From a virus (lineage: Duplodnaviria > Caudoviricetes): DNA of 55,111 nucleotides. The notes beneath the pieces are model-generated. The model searched no databases. It was not told where the DNA came from and saw only the letters and a list, made by a program, of their open reading frames with translations. A program made the translations under genes and the position numbers. Where the stretch lies: positions 1-55,111 of the IMG/VR virus record IMGVR_UViG_3300043777_000051; one strand, 5' to 3'. Below, in pieces: positions 1 through 8,576 of this stretch (position 1 is its first letter; each line of letters starts with the position of its first letter).

Positions 1-127
1 CCTGCTCCAGTGGAGTTGGTTCGGTATACATGGTTGCCTCCTATGGCAAATTTTTCCCTTCAATGACTCGGCTTTCCAGTTTCCCAAGACAGACTTCGCC
101 GCACACGGGAAAGTAATTTGCTTTCAA
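1..127. repeat. 127-nt terminal direct repeat, copy 1 (circular assembly overlap)
   Basis: 1-127 is identical to 54985-55111; 127 is a common maximum assembler k-mer. Confidence 0.95.
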
Positions 128-310
128 TGGCGGATTGTCCGGATCGAGCCGAAACACACTGTACACGGGCTTATTCGGATCAAGCGGGGGAGTGGGGGAA
201 GGCTCAGGCAACATCATCCCTACGCGCAGCAGGAACCAATGATTCGCATCCTTCCGCTGCCCCTTGCAGATGCAGCAGGAGATAACGGTCTGGATGAATC
301 GGTTGCTCAT
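41..310 (-). CDS. hypothetical protein with two Cys clusters (Zn-binding-like)
   Basis: CxxC near N-terminus and CxxxC near C-terminus; start overlaps upstream stop. Confidence 0.65.
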   Translation of the reverse strand: MSNRFIQTVISCCICKGQRKDANHWFLLRVGMMLPEPSPTPPLDPNKPVYSVFRLDPDNPPLKANYFPVCGEVCLGKLESRVIEGKNLP

Positions 311-522
311 GGCCGCTCTCGCTTCAGAGATGCCGTTTTCTCCATCCGCGCCAACACCTTCTTGAGGAATCGGCGATTGGAGGCCGTATTATCCACAACC
401 GCATACATCATTCCAAAAGTCGTGGTGATCGCCAGATAGCCGCTAGCGTTGAGTATCAGGCTGCCATTCGTTACGTAGTGCTCAATCTCGCGCAATTTAC
501 TCACTGGTTGCCTCCGATGCAC
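307..522 (-). CDS. hypothetical protein, first gene of leftward early arm
   Basis: ORF coupled to 41..310; start uncertain. Confidence 0.5.
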   Translation of the reverse strand: MHRRQPVSKLREIEHYVTNGSLILNASGYLAITTTFGMMYAVVDNTASNRRFLKKVLARMEKTASLKRERP

Positions 523-562
523 GCATCATGCCTGAAAAAGAATTCTCTGTCAACTCTATTTT

Positions 563-598
563 TTGACTTGACGCGGAATTCTCACTTGTGCTAATAAT
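563..598 (+). promoter_or_regulatory. candidate sigma70 promoter in the divergent early control region
   Basis: TTGACG at 568-573 and TG-c-TAATAAT at 589-598, immediately before ATG 604. Confidence 0.45.
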
Positions 599-603
599 TG
601 CCC

Positions 604-765
604 ATGCTCACACAGAAGCCGCAGATTACCACGGTGCGGGTGCAGATCAGGGAACTCAAGGCTGGCAAGTATGTCCGCAGCGAAACCATGACCTTCTATG
701 AGACGACTGCCCCAGCACTCAGAACCTTGATTCAGCGTGCGGTAGCTAAAAACGGCACGAAGTAA
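604..765 (+). CDS. 53-aa hypothetical protein (not in ORF track)
   Basis: MLTQKPQITTVRVQIRELKAGKYVRSETMTFYETTAPALRTLIQRAVAKNGTK, right after the promoter. Confidence 0.55.
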   Translation: MLTQKPQITTVRVQIRELKAGKYVRSETMTFYETTAPALRTLIQRAVAKNGTK

Positions 766-789
766 AGGGCGATGCCCTAGGAGTGGAGA

Positions 790-987
790 ATGGCGCAATC
801 ACGCGAACCACAGAAGGTCTCAGATTATATCTGGTACTACGAGGAAGGCCGTAAGTTCGACTTTGTTGTGCAGACCGCCCATTTCGAGAAAAGAGACGGC
901 CCGAATCAGACGATCCAGTTCTCGGTGCCGCTTCTGCTGCTGGAAAGATCGCTGGCCCGTTCGCCCAAGAAAGGCAAGAGTCGATGA
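790..987 (+). CDS. hypothetical protein
   Basis: GGAG RBS; ATGA overlap with next gene. Confidence 0.6.
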   Translation: MAQSREPQKVSDYIWYYEEGRKFDFVVQTAHFEKRDGPNQTIQFSVPLLLLERSLARSPKKGKSR

Positions 988-1409
988 CTCCCTCCTCATT
1001 GAAACGAAGTACGAAGCCTTTGAAGCGAACTCGGATTCGCACAAAGACGAGTGCCCATCAGGGGTTAGTGAAGGATGCGGATGCGCTGGTGCGAATACTT
1101 GTTATGCATCGAGATAAGGTGTGTCAGCGCTGCGGGTCTAGCAAGTCGCTGGCTGCGGCCCATCTGCTGCCAAAGGGAACTTACCCTCGCCTGAGATTCG
1201 AGTTGCTGAATGTCATCGCACTCTGTTATCGGGATCACATGGAATTTGCCCACAAAAACCCTATTGAGTTCATGGCGTGGCTGGAGCAAAAGTTCCCCGG
1301 TCGTGGAGAACTGCTGAGGATTATGGCGCGAACTTCGGCAAAGATAGATATGAAGGAATTGCTCATCGGGCTTCGGATAGAGGTTGAACAATGCCAAAAA
1401 ACGACCTAA
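984..1409 (+). CDS. ninG: NinG/Rap-like HNH-fold recombination endonuclease
   Basis: RDKVCQRCG...AAHLLPKG...LRFELLNVIALCYRDH matches the NinG CxxC/H/N..LC..H pattern. Confidence 0.75.
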   Translation: MTPSSLKRSTKPLKRTRIRTKTSAHQGLVKDADALVRILVMHRDKVCQRCGSSKSLAAAHLLPKGTYPRLRFELLNVIALCYRDHMEFAHKNPIEFMAWLEQKFPGRGELLRIMARTSAKIDMKELLIGLRIEVEQCQKTT

Positions 1410-1696
1410 CCGGAAAGAAGTTCGGCAAATTAATAGCCATTTGCTTCCAAGGCAGCAACGGCAGGCATTGTTATTGGCTTTGTCGTTGCGACTGCGGTAA
1501 AAAGGTCGCCCCACATATTGAGGATGAAGGCTTGTCGGATGCTGCCGAATTGCTGATTGCCAGCGGCATCCTCACGGCTCTTGCAGGTATTTTCTTTGCC
1601 TGCATTGCGGTCGCTGGCCTCATTGATGGCTTCGCTGCCACAAAAACCGCAGAGTACGATTCCTACCAAGACCTGATCTACGATTGGAAAGATTAA
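1391..1696 (+). pseudogene. chimera: homing-endonuclease-type N-terminus joined to a TM segment
   Basis: DLTGKKFGKL...WLCRCDCGK, then an abrupt switch to a hydrophobic helix; no nuclease domain. Confidence 0.5.
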
Positions 1697-1737
1697 GTTG
1701 TGAGTTTTTACCAAAGCTATTCCAAAGGAGAAAGAAA

Positions 1738-2337
1738 ATGAAAATTGATCGACGCGGATTCAGCAAGATTGCGGCAGTCATGGGAGTAGCGAGTTTAGCG
1801 GAACTTTCTTCGGGCTGGGCGTGCAGCCTCAGCTCGGTCTACAACGCGATTCTGCAATATGTTCCCGTGGGCCTGAGCGCGGTCGCGTCTATCCTGGCGA
1901 TTCTCACAGGCGGCGGAGTCGTAATTGCTCCGGCAGTCTCACTCGCTGTCAGCCTGGTTAACGCTGGCTTCGCCGACCTAAAAGCAGCAGTGAATTCCTA
2001 CGAGTCGGCTCCAGCTGCGAACAAGGCTACACTGCTGGGCAAAGTCTCAACTGTGCTGGCTTCTGTCGAAGCGAATCTGCAAGCCTTTTGGTCAAACCTG
2101 AGCATTCCGGACCAGAAACTTGAATCCACGGTGCAGGGGCTTTTGGGCGTAGTCGTCACGACTCTGCTGGGCTTTGGGACGCAGCTTCCGGCGCCAGCGG
2201 CAACCCCAGCAATCGCAGCACGAGCTAGTCTGCGGAGAACGATCAACCTGCCGCCTCAGAAGCGCAGTGTCGCGGCGTTCAAGAAAGACTTCAACGCAAT
2301 TCTTGAGCAGAACGGACTTTCAGAACACAAGTTGTAG
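1738..2337 (+). CDS. putative Tat-exported (lipo)protein
   Basis: AAGGAG RBS; MKIDRRGFSK twin-Arg motif, hydrophobic stretch, GWA-C. Confidence 0.65.
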   Translation: MKIDRRGFSKIAAVMGVASLAELSSGWACSLSSVYNAILQYVPVGLSAVASILAILTGGGVVIAPAVSLAVSLVNAGFADLKAAVNSYESAPAANKATLLGKVSTVLASVEANLQAFWSNLSIPDQKLESTVQGLLGVVVTTLLGFGTQLPAPAATPAIAARASLRRTINLPPQKRSVAAFKKDFNAILEQNGLSEHKL

Positions 2338-2371
2338 GGTCCGGGGCGGCTCCGGCAGCGAAGTAAGGGCC

Positions 2372-2584
2372 ATGAGGTATTTTCGCATCACGTTTGAGTG
2401 GCACACGCGGCCTCGTTATCGGGCAGGGAGAGTCAAGACTTGTCAGGTAACGTTCGCCGCGTCCAATCAGACGGATGCCTATAAGTTGGCGCAGGAAGAC
2501 GGCAAGAACCGCTTTCCTCGTCACAGATGGAAAGTGCTGTACTGCGAAGAATTGAATTTAGGGGAGGGGGTGACCAATGCCTGA
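2372..2584 (+). CDS. hypothetical protein
   Basis: MRYFRITFEW...; overlaps next gene. Confidence 0.55.
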   Translation: MRYFRITFEWHTRPRYRAGRVKTCQVTFAASNQTDAYKLAQEDGKNRFPRHRWKVLYCEELNLGEGVTNA

Positions 2585-2852
2585 GGAGAACACAGCAACA
2601 GTCGATATATCGGGATTAGAGCAATCGGTCCAGAAGGCGTGCGACACGATTGACGAGTTACGCGCACAAAAAGAGGCGCTCGTGGAAGCGCTCAAGCGAA
2701 TACGGGATGGTGCGTCAGCAGAGTGCAGTTGTGAACACGATAGCCGCGACTGCTGCGAGAAGCAGCATCCTATTGACGTATTCTGCCCCTTTTGTATTGC
2801 CGATGTGGCGTTGAAGCTGTCTGATCCCAGAGGAGAGAGCGATGCAAGATAG
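2577..2852 (+). CDS. hypothetical coiled-coil/Cys-rich protein
   Basis: GGAGG RBS; coupled genes. Confidence 0.6.
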   Translation: MPEENTATVDISGLEQSVQKACDTIDELRAQKEALVEALKRIRDGASAECSCEHDSRDCCEKQHPIDVFCPFCIADVALKLSDPRGESDAR

Positions 2853-3099
2853 AGCGAAATTGAAAGCGCTTACCGGAAAAACTATTAAGGCGGCGCACGT
2901 CTATCTCGGGGGCGCATACATGGAAAATGATGACCGCTCTCTCGAATTGACGTTCGAGGACGGCTCACAGTTCATCTTCGAGATTATGTCGAAGCGTGAA
3001 GTGCTGGAAGGCACGGCAGTGCTTTACGACCCTGCTCCCAATCACGCCGAGACGGAAAAGCAGGAAGAGGTGCGGCGGCACGTTCTAAGGACGGTCTGA
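2842..3099 (+). CDS. hypothetical protein flanked by 19-bp direct repeats
   Basis: GTCTGATCCCAGAGGAGAG at 2819-2837 and 3094-3112. Confidence 0.65.
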   Translation: MQDRAKLKALTGKTIKAAHVYLGGAYMENDDRSLELTFEDGSQFIFEIMSKREVLEGTAVLYDPAPNHAETEKQEEVRRHVLRTV

Positions 3100-3120
3100 T
3101 CCCAGAGGAGAGTAGGAGAC

Positions 3121-3327
3121 TTGAAAATTAGCGCTCAAGAGAAGATCGCCGAATTGGAGGGCCGTATTGTTGCGCTCGAAGATCAAATGCGTAACCTCCA
3201 GAGTTCGACCGTCTGCACGAAGCTGGCCTCAGAGAGCGTCTTCGGCGCTGATTGGAAGGCGATGTGGGCCTCATTCGACCGCGTGATGAAAAAAGCCTTC
3301 GGGGAGAACAGGAGCGTGCAGCGATGA
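3121..3327 (+). CDS. hypothetical protein
   Basis: AGGAG RBS; TTG start. Confidence 0.55.
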   Translation: MKISAQEKIAELEGRIVALEDQMRNLQSSTVCTKLASESVFGADWKAMWASFDRVMKKAFGENRSVQR

Positions 3328-3461
3328 GCGGACACAGGAAGCCGAATTGCAAGTGCGGTTGCGATCATTGCGGCTGGCGGAGCAAGCGTGCGACTCAGCA
3401 TCTACATTGGCCCTGCCCCCGCTGCGGCGGTCCAGTGCGGAAGATTGAGGCAGCGCGATGA
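3324..3461 (+). CDS. small Zn-ribbon protein
   Basis: MSGHRKPNCKCGCDHCGW...CPRCGG; ATGA overlaps on both sides. Confidence 0.55.
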   Translation: MSGHRKPNCKCGCDHCGWRSKRATQHLHWPCPRCGGPVRKIEAAR

Positions 3462-3820
3462 CTTCCCCCGGCTCCGCCTCGCGCCAGAACTCAGCGACCC
3501 TGAGCGACAGACTCCGTGCCAAGTACACAGGATGGCTTGCTACGCTGCCTAAGTGCATCGGCTTCAAAGGTGGATGCGACGGTGATTTAGAGGCTACGGA
3601 GCACGAGGATAATTGCCCAATGAAAGGGCTTAAGCCTCTCACTTCGTGCGATGTTTGGAAGGCGGCGTACTGCATGGGCGCACGGGATACTCGCCAGAAA
3701 ATCGTAGAGGATTTACAGACAGAGTGCCAGCGAATAGGCGGCGATCTCCCAGAAAATCCCGCCGATAGTCTAGCTGAGTTTCGCAGGAAGCTGCTGTCTG
3801 AATACGAGGAGAAACTCTAA
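3458..3820 (+). CDS. hypothetical protein
   Basis: coupled ORF. Confidence 0.55.
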   Translation: MTSPGSASRQNSATLSDRLRAKYTGWLATLPKCIGFKGGCDGDLEATEHEDNCPMKGLKPLTSCDVWKAAYCMGARDTRQKIVEDLQTECQRIGGDLPENPADSLAEFRRKLLSEYEEKL

Positions 3821-4134
3821 TGGCTGAGCCGAAAGGAAGAAGGTATCTCATGGCAAGCCAAGCACAGATTAACTGTCATCACCTGATCTGTACCTGTCGC
3901 CGAGATAGGTGCTCTGTCGGCCAAGGAGAGAGAATCGTTCACGCCGAACACCCATGCCCCTACACAACTATCATCTTGGGTAAGCCTACTACCTGCGACT
4001 GCTGCCCCATCTGTACGGCATTGTGCTTGCCGCGTAAGGTATATCTTAGAAATCCGGAGATCGCGTGCTTCGACAGCATACAGGCATTAGTATCTCCGGA
4101 CTTTATCAAAGGAGTGAAGAGTGATGGCCATTAG
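3820..4134 (+). CDS. Cys-rich hypothetical protein
   Basis: TAATG overlap; many Cys/His. Confidence 0.55.
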   Translation: MAEPKGRRYLMASQAQINCHHLICTCRRDRCSVGQGERIVHAEHPCPYTTIILGKPTTCDCCPICTALCLPRKVYLRNPEIACFDSIQALVSPDFIKGVKSDGH

Positions 4135-4534
4135 GAACATGCCGTGGACAGGGCACAAAGGCGCTACACGCGCGACGTTCGACAAACGAAACGACTTTAT
4201 GAAAACACCAACAAGGAGGAAGAGTATGTGGTTAGCACCAGCAGTGATGTTCATCGAAAGTGCGGCGGACAGTCTGACGAAGGCTGATCCAAACATGCTC
4301 ACAGCGGAACTGAAAGAGATGGCTTCGTTTGGAAATGCGCGGATACAGAGGACTCTCGATGCTCTCTGGCCGTTAGTAGGCGACGGCGAGTCTAACGCCT
4401 TTAGCGGGTTGGACCACGATACGGCGGTGATATTCGCCAAGGGCTACTTGCTCGGTTTGCAGACAGCCCGAACGGTGCTCATGGGCAGCACGCAACTCGC
4501 CATCAATAACATCAAGCCTGATTCGCTCTTGTGA
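4121..4534 (+). CDS. hypothetical protein
   Basis: AAGGAG RBS; coupled. Confidence 0.55.
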   Translation: MMAIRNMPWTGHKGATRATFDKRNDFMKTPTRRKSMWLAPAVMFIESAADSLTKADPNMLTAELKEMASFGNARIQRTLDALWPLVGDGESNAFSGLDHDTAVIFAKGYLLGLQTARTVLMGSTQLAINNIKPDSLL

Positions 4535-4538
4535 GGCC

Positions 4539-6227
4539 GTGCGTGCAGACTACGACCGAGTTCGGAGAAAGCGTGTGCCAATGAATGAGTGTACAGGTCC
4601 ATGTTGCAAACCGCCATACCCGGAAGTGCCCGTTCATCCTGTTCAGACTCGCCGCGTTGTTCATCATTCTGCGAAGTGCCCACAGGTTGTAACGTGCAAG
4701 GCTTATGAGGTTTACTGCCACGTCTATGCTCCGCAGGAGGCGCTGGTCACGGGCAACTGTCGCGGCGGATTTGGAGTAGGAGAACTGATCGCCTTTCTTT
4801 ATGCACGCTCGTTTCCAAAAGAACAATGGCGACAACGAGTGGATGAGGCGATGCACGGAATGACTTGGCAAGAGGTCGTGGAACTGTGTAGATGGGCGGA
4901 AACTCCACGATTGAGCCGGGTGTGGGCACAAGATGCGCGAAACGTAATGGCTCAGTTCGCGGCATGGGGTGACAGTTGGAGGGATGATGTCCCTGCGGCA
5001 GCAGCGTATGTAACAACGGATCAGTACAAAACATCCAAGCGATTAATTGCGGAGTACGACGCCGCGCTCTCCGTGGCAGGGACGGAACCGCCAGCGCCCA
5101 CGGTAGAAGATTTGCAAGCTGTGATTGAGCGTGATCGAACGAATGTCTGCGATGCAATTAACGGGTTGAAGAAGGTAATCCGTGAGCGGGAATGGCTAGG
5201 CGAAGGACGCGGCCCCTACGAGTGGGACGACGACCGCTGGCACGATGAGTTCAACGCGACCGCCGCCGAGATTCGGGAGGCACTGAAGCCACTGGAGAAA
5301 ATCGCAGCAAATTTAAGCAACTCGCCCACAACGCACGAAGCGGTTCAAAAGGCGAGGGAGATTCCAACCGACAAGACCGACGACTTTGAAGCGAGGCAGG
5401 ATGCAGGCAGGCAGGGGTCGGAGAGATGCCCAGTCTGTCACGGTAGCGAGAAAGTTCCACTATATACTTGGCCTACCAACGGTTGCCGAGGTACTTTTCA
5501 CTGGATCGACGCCGCAGCCCCGGTCAGCGAGAAGAACGTCTCAGGGCCAAGCGCCTTCGTCAGCGACGTAAACATTCCGGACGGGCCAAGCTGCTCGGCG
5601 TGCGGAGTGGCGATGGTGAAAGTTGGAGTATGCGACGGCTCGATATGCCATCAAACTTACGGGATCGGCACGCACCCTCTCGGGATAGTGTGCGGTGATT
5701 GGCACCCCGTAGAATTCCGCTGCCCCTCTTGCGGTGCGACCACAGGGCTGACGGACGCAAAGGGGACGGAACCTCTAGCACCCGCTAATCCGCTAGTCTG
5801 CGACGACTGCGGGCATGAAGGCTGTGATTGTGGACCATTCGATGCCATAAACCGGGAACTGGCCAACCTCCGCAACTGGGCAAATCGGAAGGAAGTCGAG
5901 TTGAAGGCCGCGCAGGAACGGATTCGAGAGTTAGAGGCCAGACAGAAGGGGCCAAGCGCGGAGACTAGCGCCGCCTACGCTGCTCATGTTCGAGACGCTT
6001 ACCGTGACGGCTGCGAATGTGCCATGTGCGTCTTGGTGAGGGAGTTGGAGGCCAGACAGTCCAGCGCCGCCCCGGATTTATTCGAGATGGCTTCTGGAGA
6101 AGGTCTGTGTTCGACTCATACTGGTGGGCCGCATCGCATCGAACGCGCTTGTAGGAATTGGAAGCCAGTTATGGCCGCGCCCGTTCCCAGCCCTATCCCA
6201 GCCAAAGAGGAAGGAAAGAAGGAGTGA
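4539..6227 (+). CDS. large modular nin-region protein with several Zn-finger-like modules
   Basis: 562 aa; multiple CxxC pairs and repeated linkers; start uncertain. Confidence 0.6.
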   Translation: MRADYDRVRRKRVPMNECTGPCCKPPYPEVPVHPVQTRRVVHHSAKCPQVVTCKAYEVYCHVYAPQEALVTGNCRGGFGVGELIAFLYARSFPKEQWRQRVDEAMHGMTWQEVVELCRWAETPRLSRVWAQDARNVMAQFAAWGDSWRDDVPAAAAYVTTDQYKTSKRLIAEYDAALSVAGTEPPAPTVEDLQAVIERDRTNVCDAINGLKKVIREREWLGEGRGPYEWDDDRWHDEFNATAAEIREALKPLEKIAANLSNSPTTHEAVQKAREIPTDKTDDFEARQDAGRQGSERCPVCHGSEKVPLYTWPTNGCRGTFHWIDAAAPVSEKNVSGPSAFVSDVNIPDGPSCSACGVAMVKVGVCDGSICHQTYGIGTHPLGIVCGDWHPVEFRCPSCGATTGLTDAKGTEPLAPANPLVCDDCGHEGCDCGPFDAINRELANLRNWANRKEVELKAAQERIRELEARQKGPSAETSAAYAAHVRDAYRDGCECAMCVLVRELEARQSSAAPDLFEMASGEGLCSTHTGGPHRIERACRNWKPVMAAPVPSPIPAKEEGKKE

Positions 6228-6228
6228 G

Positions 6229-7422
6229 ATGCGCGTCGGCTCTCTGTTTGCGGGGATTGGTGGCTTTGATGAAGGCTTACGCCGGGCTGGGATGGAATCC
6301 GTTTGGCAGGTTGAAAAGGAATCATTTTGTCTCAAGATATTAACAGCACGATTCCCCAGCGCACGGAAGGTACACGATATTCTTACCTGCCGTGGGTTGA
6401 TCTCATCTGTGCCGGAGTCCCATGCCAAGACGTTTCCGTTGCAGGGCAACGGGCAGGACTCGCCGGGGCGCGTACAGGACTCTTTTACGAGTTTGCGCGA
6501 CTCCTGCAAGAGCTTCGACCCACTTGGTTCCTGTTTGAGAATGTTCCCGGACTTCTCAGTTCTAACGACGGAAGAGACTTTGCAGAAGTCCAGCGCGTTC
6601 TCATGGTCGAATGCGGGTATGGGATTTGCTGGCGTATCCTTGACAGCCAATTTTTCGGAGTCGCCCAACGTCGCAGACGTCTGTTCATTGTCGGACGTTT
6701 TGGAAAGCCCTGTCCCCCAGAGGTTCTTTTTGAGCGCGAGAGCCGCGAAGGGGATACTCCGCAGAGCGCAGAAGCGTGGGCGGATATTGCCAACGCGCTT
6801 ACAGAAGGCGTTGGAAGAGTTGGCAGCAAAGGATGCGACGACGGAGCCAATATCGTTGTCGGGCCGCTCGGAGGATCGTCCAGGAGCGGCGGATTCCAGC
6901 CTAACGCAGAGCAAGCCGCAGACGGGCATCTCGTCGCAATCGCTTTTGACTCCAAGTCTGGAGGAGACTTCCGACCCGCTATCAGTGACAAGGCACATTG
7001 CACCCGACAACCGCGAACAGCCGTTGCTGTCGCCGCTCCAATCACTGCCAGCTACGCAAAGCAGGCTGATTCCAGCGACACCAACGGAGGACCGCCAAAC
7101 CTCGTATTGGGACGACTCCCAGATAACGGACACTCTGGACTGCTCCATGCTGGCAAAGGGCCGGATGATGCCAGAGAAACGGCGTTTTCCCTGCGTTCTG
7201 ACCCCGGAGGAATCGGCCAAGGTCGCAACACAACCTACGCCATCACCGAGAACATGCGGAACCGATCCCAAGGCCCAGCCAACTATGTCTGTGAGGCGTC
7301 TGACCCCAACGGAGTGCGAGACTTTGCAAGGCTTCCCAAAGGGCTGGACAGTGCCCGATACCGTGCTCTTGGAAACGCCGTCACCGTATCGGTCATCGAA
7401 TGGATCGGAAGAAGAATTGTAG
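6229..7422 (+). CDS. C5 DNA methyltransferase frame A: motif I plus EcoHK31I-beta-like segment with motif IX
   Basis: SLFAGIGG; MFPD...WSNAGM...SLSDVLE...RRLTPTECETLQGFPKGWT. Confidence 0.8.
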   Translation: MRVGSLFAGIGGFDEGLRRAGMESVWQVEKESFCLKILTARFPSARKVHDILTCRGLISSVPESHAKTFPLQGNGQDSPGRVQDSFTSLRDSCKSFDPLGSCLRMFPDFSVLTTEETLQKSSAFSWSNAGMGFAGVSLTANFSESPNVADVCSLSDVLESPVPQRFFLSARAAKGILRRAQKRGRILPTRLQKALEELAAKDATTEPISLSGRSEDRPGAADSSLTQSKPQTGISSQSLLTPSLEETSDPLSVTRHIAPDNREQPLLSPLQSLPATQSRLIPATPTEDRQTSYWDDSQITDTLDCSMLAKGRMMPEKRRFPCVLTPEESAKVATQPTPSPRTCGTDPKAQPTMSVRRLTPTECETLQGFPKGWTVPDTVLLETPSPYRSSNGSEEEL

Positions 7423-7556
7423 GCGCGGCCGTCCGGCCAGTGGTCGGAGAGATTAGCGTCGAGAAAAGCAGCAAGGCACCCATTCACGGTTCCCCACAGT
7501 TTGATGCTAAAACGAGAATTTTCAACATGCAAGCCCTAAGTTTCCAGATTCCGTAA
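6327..7556 (+). CDS. C5 DNA methyltransferase frame B: motifs IV, VI, VIII and X
   Basis: GVPCQD, FENVPG, QRRRRLFIVG, YRALGNAV; lacks motif I in frame. Confidence 0.8.
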   Translation: MSQDINSTIPQRTEGTRYSYLPWVDLICAGVPCQDVSVAGQRAGLAGARTGLFYEFARLLQELRPTWFLFENVPGLLSSNDGRDFAEVQRVLMVECGYGICWRILDSQFFGVAQRRRRLFIVGRFGKPCPPEVLFERESREGDTPQSAEAWADIANALTEGVGRVGSKGCDDGANIVVGPLGGSSRSGGFQPNAEQAADGHLVAIAFDSKSGGDFRPAISDKAHCTRQPRTAVAVAAPITASYAKQADSSDTNGGPPNLVLGRLPDNGHSGLLHAGKGPDDARETAFSLRSDPGGIGQGRNTTYAITENMRNRSQGPANYVCEASDPNGVRDFARLPKGLDSARYRALGNAVTVSVIEWIGRRIVGAAVRPVVGEISVEKSSKAPIHGSPQFDAKTRIFNMQALSFQIP

Positions 7557-7685
7557 CTTCTCCCGCAACCACTCCAGCCTCGCGTCGATCATCTGCTCCC
7601 AAGTGTCGTTCGGACTGCAAAACTCTCGGAGGCGTTCTAGTTCCGCGATCTCCGCAAGTATCGCTTGACGGTCATTCGGCTGCAT
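7536..7685 (-). CDS. 49-aa hypothetical protein, last of late arm
   Basis: MQPNDRQAILAEIAELERLREF... Confidence 0.4.
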   Translation of the reverse strand: MQPNDRQAILAEIAELERLREFCSPNDTWEQMIDARLEWLREKLRNLET

Positions 7686-7697
7686 CCACTTCCGCGC

Positions 7698-8099
7698 TCA
7701 TTTCCAGTAATGCCCAACTATCGCGGCCACAATGCCAAGGAACCCGGCTATCGAAGCGTAAGCTGCCGCCTTGCCCATTTGCTCGCCCTTGGTAATCTCT
7801 AGCTCTTTGACGCGGTTAGCCAAGGACGAATGCTCCCGGTCGTACAAGTCTCTGGTCAGGTACTCGCCGCGCTCCTTCTCGATCTGCTCCCGGAATTTAT
7901 TGTGCGCCTCTAGGCGTCGATCCACATCGACAGCGGCTATTCTAATGGCCTCCTTGTCGCCCTCCCGCTGCGTATCGTACTTTACGCCGAATTTCTCAAG
8001 CTCGACTATGATTACGTCCCGCTCACGGGCCAGCATTCGATCGACATAATCGGCAACCGAGAGAGGCACGGGCATGTCTTGCGGCGAAGTGGGCGACAA
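7698..8099 (-). CDS. coiled-coil protein with C-terminal TM helix (lysis-cassette type)
   Basis: helical charged body; AAAYASIAGFLGIVAAIVG; AGGAG RBS. Confidence 0.6.
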   Translation of the reverse strand: MSPTSPQDMPVPLSVADYVDRMLARERDVIIVELEKFGVKYDTQREGDKEAIRIAAVDVDRRLEAHNKFREQIEKERGEYLTRDLYDREHSSLANRVKELEITKGEQMGKAAAYASIAGFLGIVAAIVGHYWK

Positions 8100-8112
8100 G
8101 CACGAATCTCCT

Positions 8113-8286
8113 CTACTTCACGACAGAGCCGAATACGCGCAGGCCCAATATTCCGACTAGAAGCCAGAGAGCTAGGTGACCGCTAGCCCGACGATACCAA
8201 GGGCCATCAGCAGGTCCGTAGTAGCCCCACAAGCCTGCGAGCAAACAGATCACGTAGATAATCCAAAACCAGTCGTTAAGTGACAT
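8113..8286 (-). CDS. 57-aa two-TM membrane protein, holin-like (not in ORF track)
   Basis: MSLNDWFWIIYVICLLAGLWGYYG...LALWLLVGILGLRVFGSVVK; AGGAGG RBS. Confidence 0.6.
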   Translation of the reverse strand: MSLNDWFWIIYVICLLAGLWGYYGPADGPWYRRASGHLALWLLVGILGLRVFGSVVK

Positions 8287-8301
8287 ACAGCCCTCCTATT
8301 G

Positions 8302-8568
8302 CTACGATTTGATCGCTTCCTTGACCGCTGGAAGTTGTGCTGGACCCTGTGGCACTGGCGTGGTAGCGACATTCTGAGCCGCCCAGCGTTTCCACCAGCC
8401 CCACGCCGCCTTGCCCACAAATGCCGCGAGGGTGATCCATGCTCCCTTAGATGCCGGAACGCCTCCGCCCCACGAGGATAAAGCGCCCACGACCGCGCCC
8501 TCCAGTCCGTTGACGAAGCTGTGCGCGTAGGCGTTCGAGTTGTACCAGTTCATGATCTTTTTGAGCAT
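8302..8568 (-). CDS. small membrane protein, holin-like
   Basis: AAGGAGG RBS before ATG 8568; two hydrophobic segments. Confidence 0.55.
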   Translation of the reverse strand: MLKKIMNWYNSNAYAHSFVNGLEGAVVGALSSWGGGVPASKGAWITLAAFVGKAAWGWWKRWAAQNVATTPVPQGPAQLPAVKEAIKS

Positions 8569-8576
8569 GGTCCTCC

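Noticed and set aside
6078-7532. 484-aa antisense ORF over the methylase
   Set aside because: No motifs or RBS seen; likely a by-product of dual-frame constraint on the + strand.
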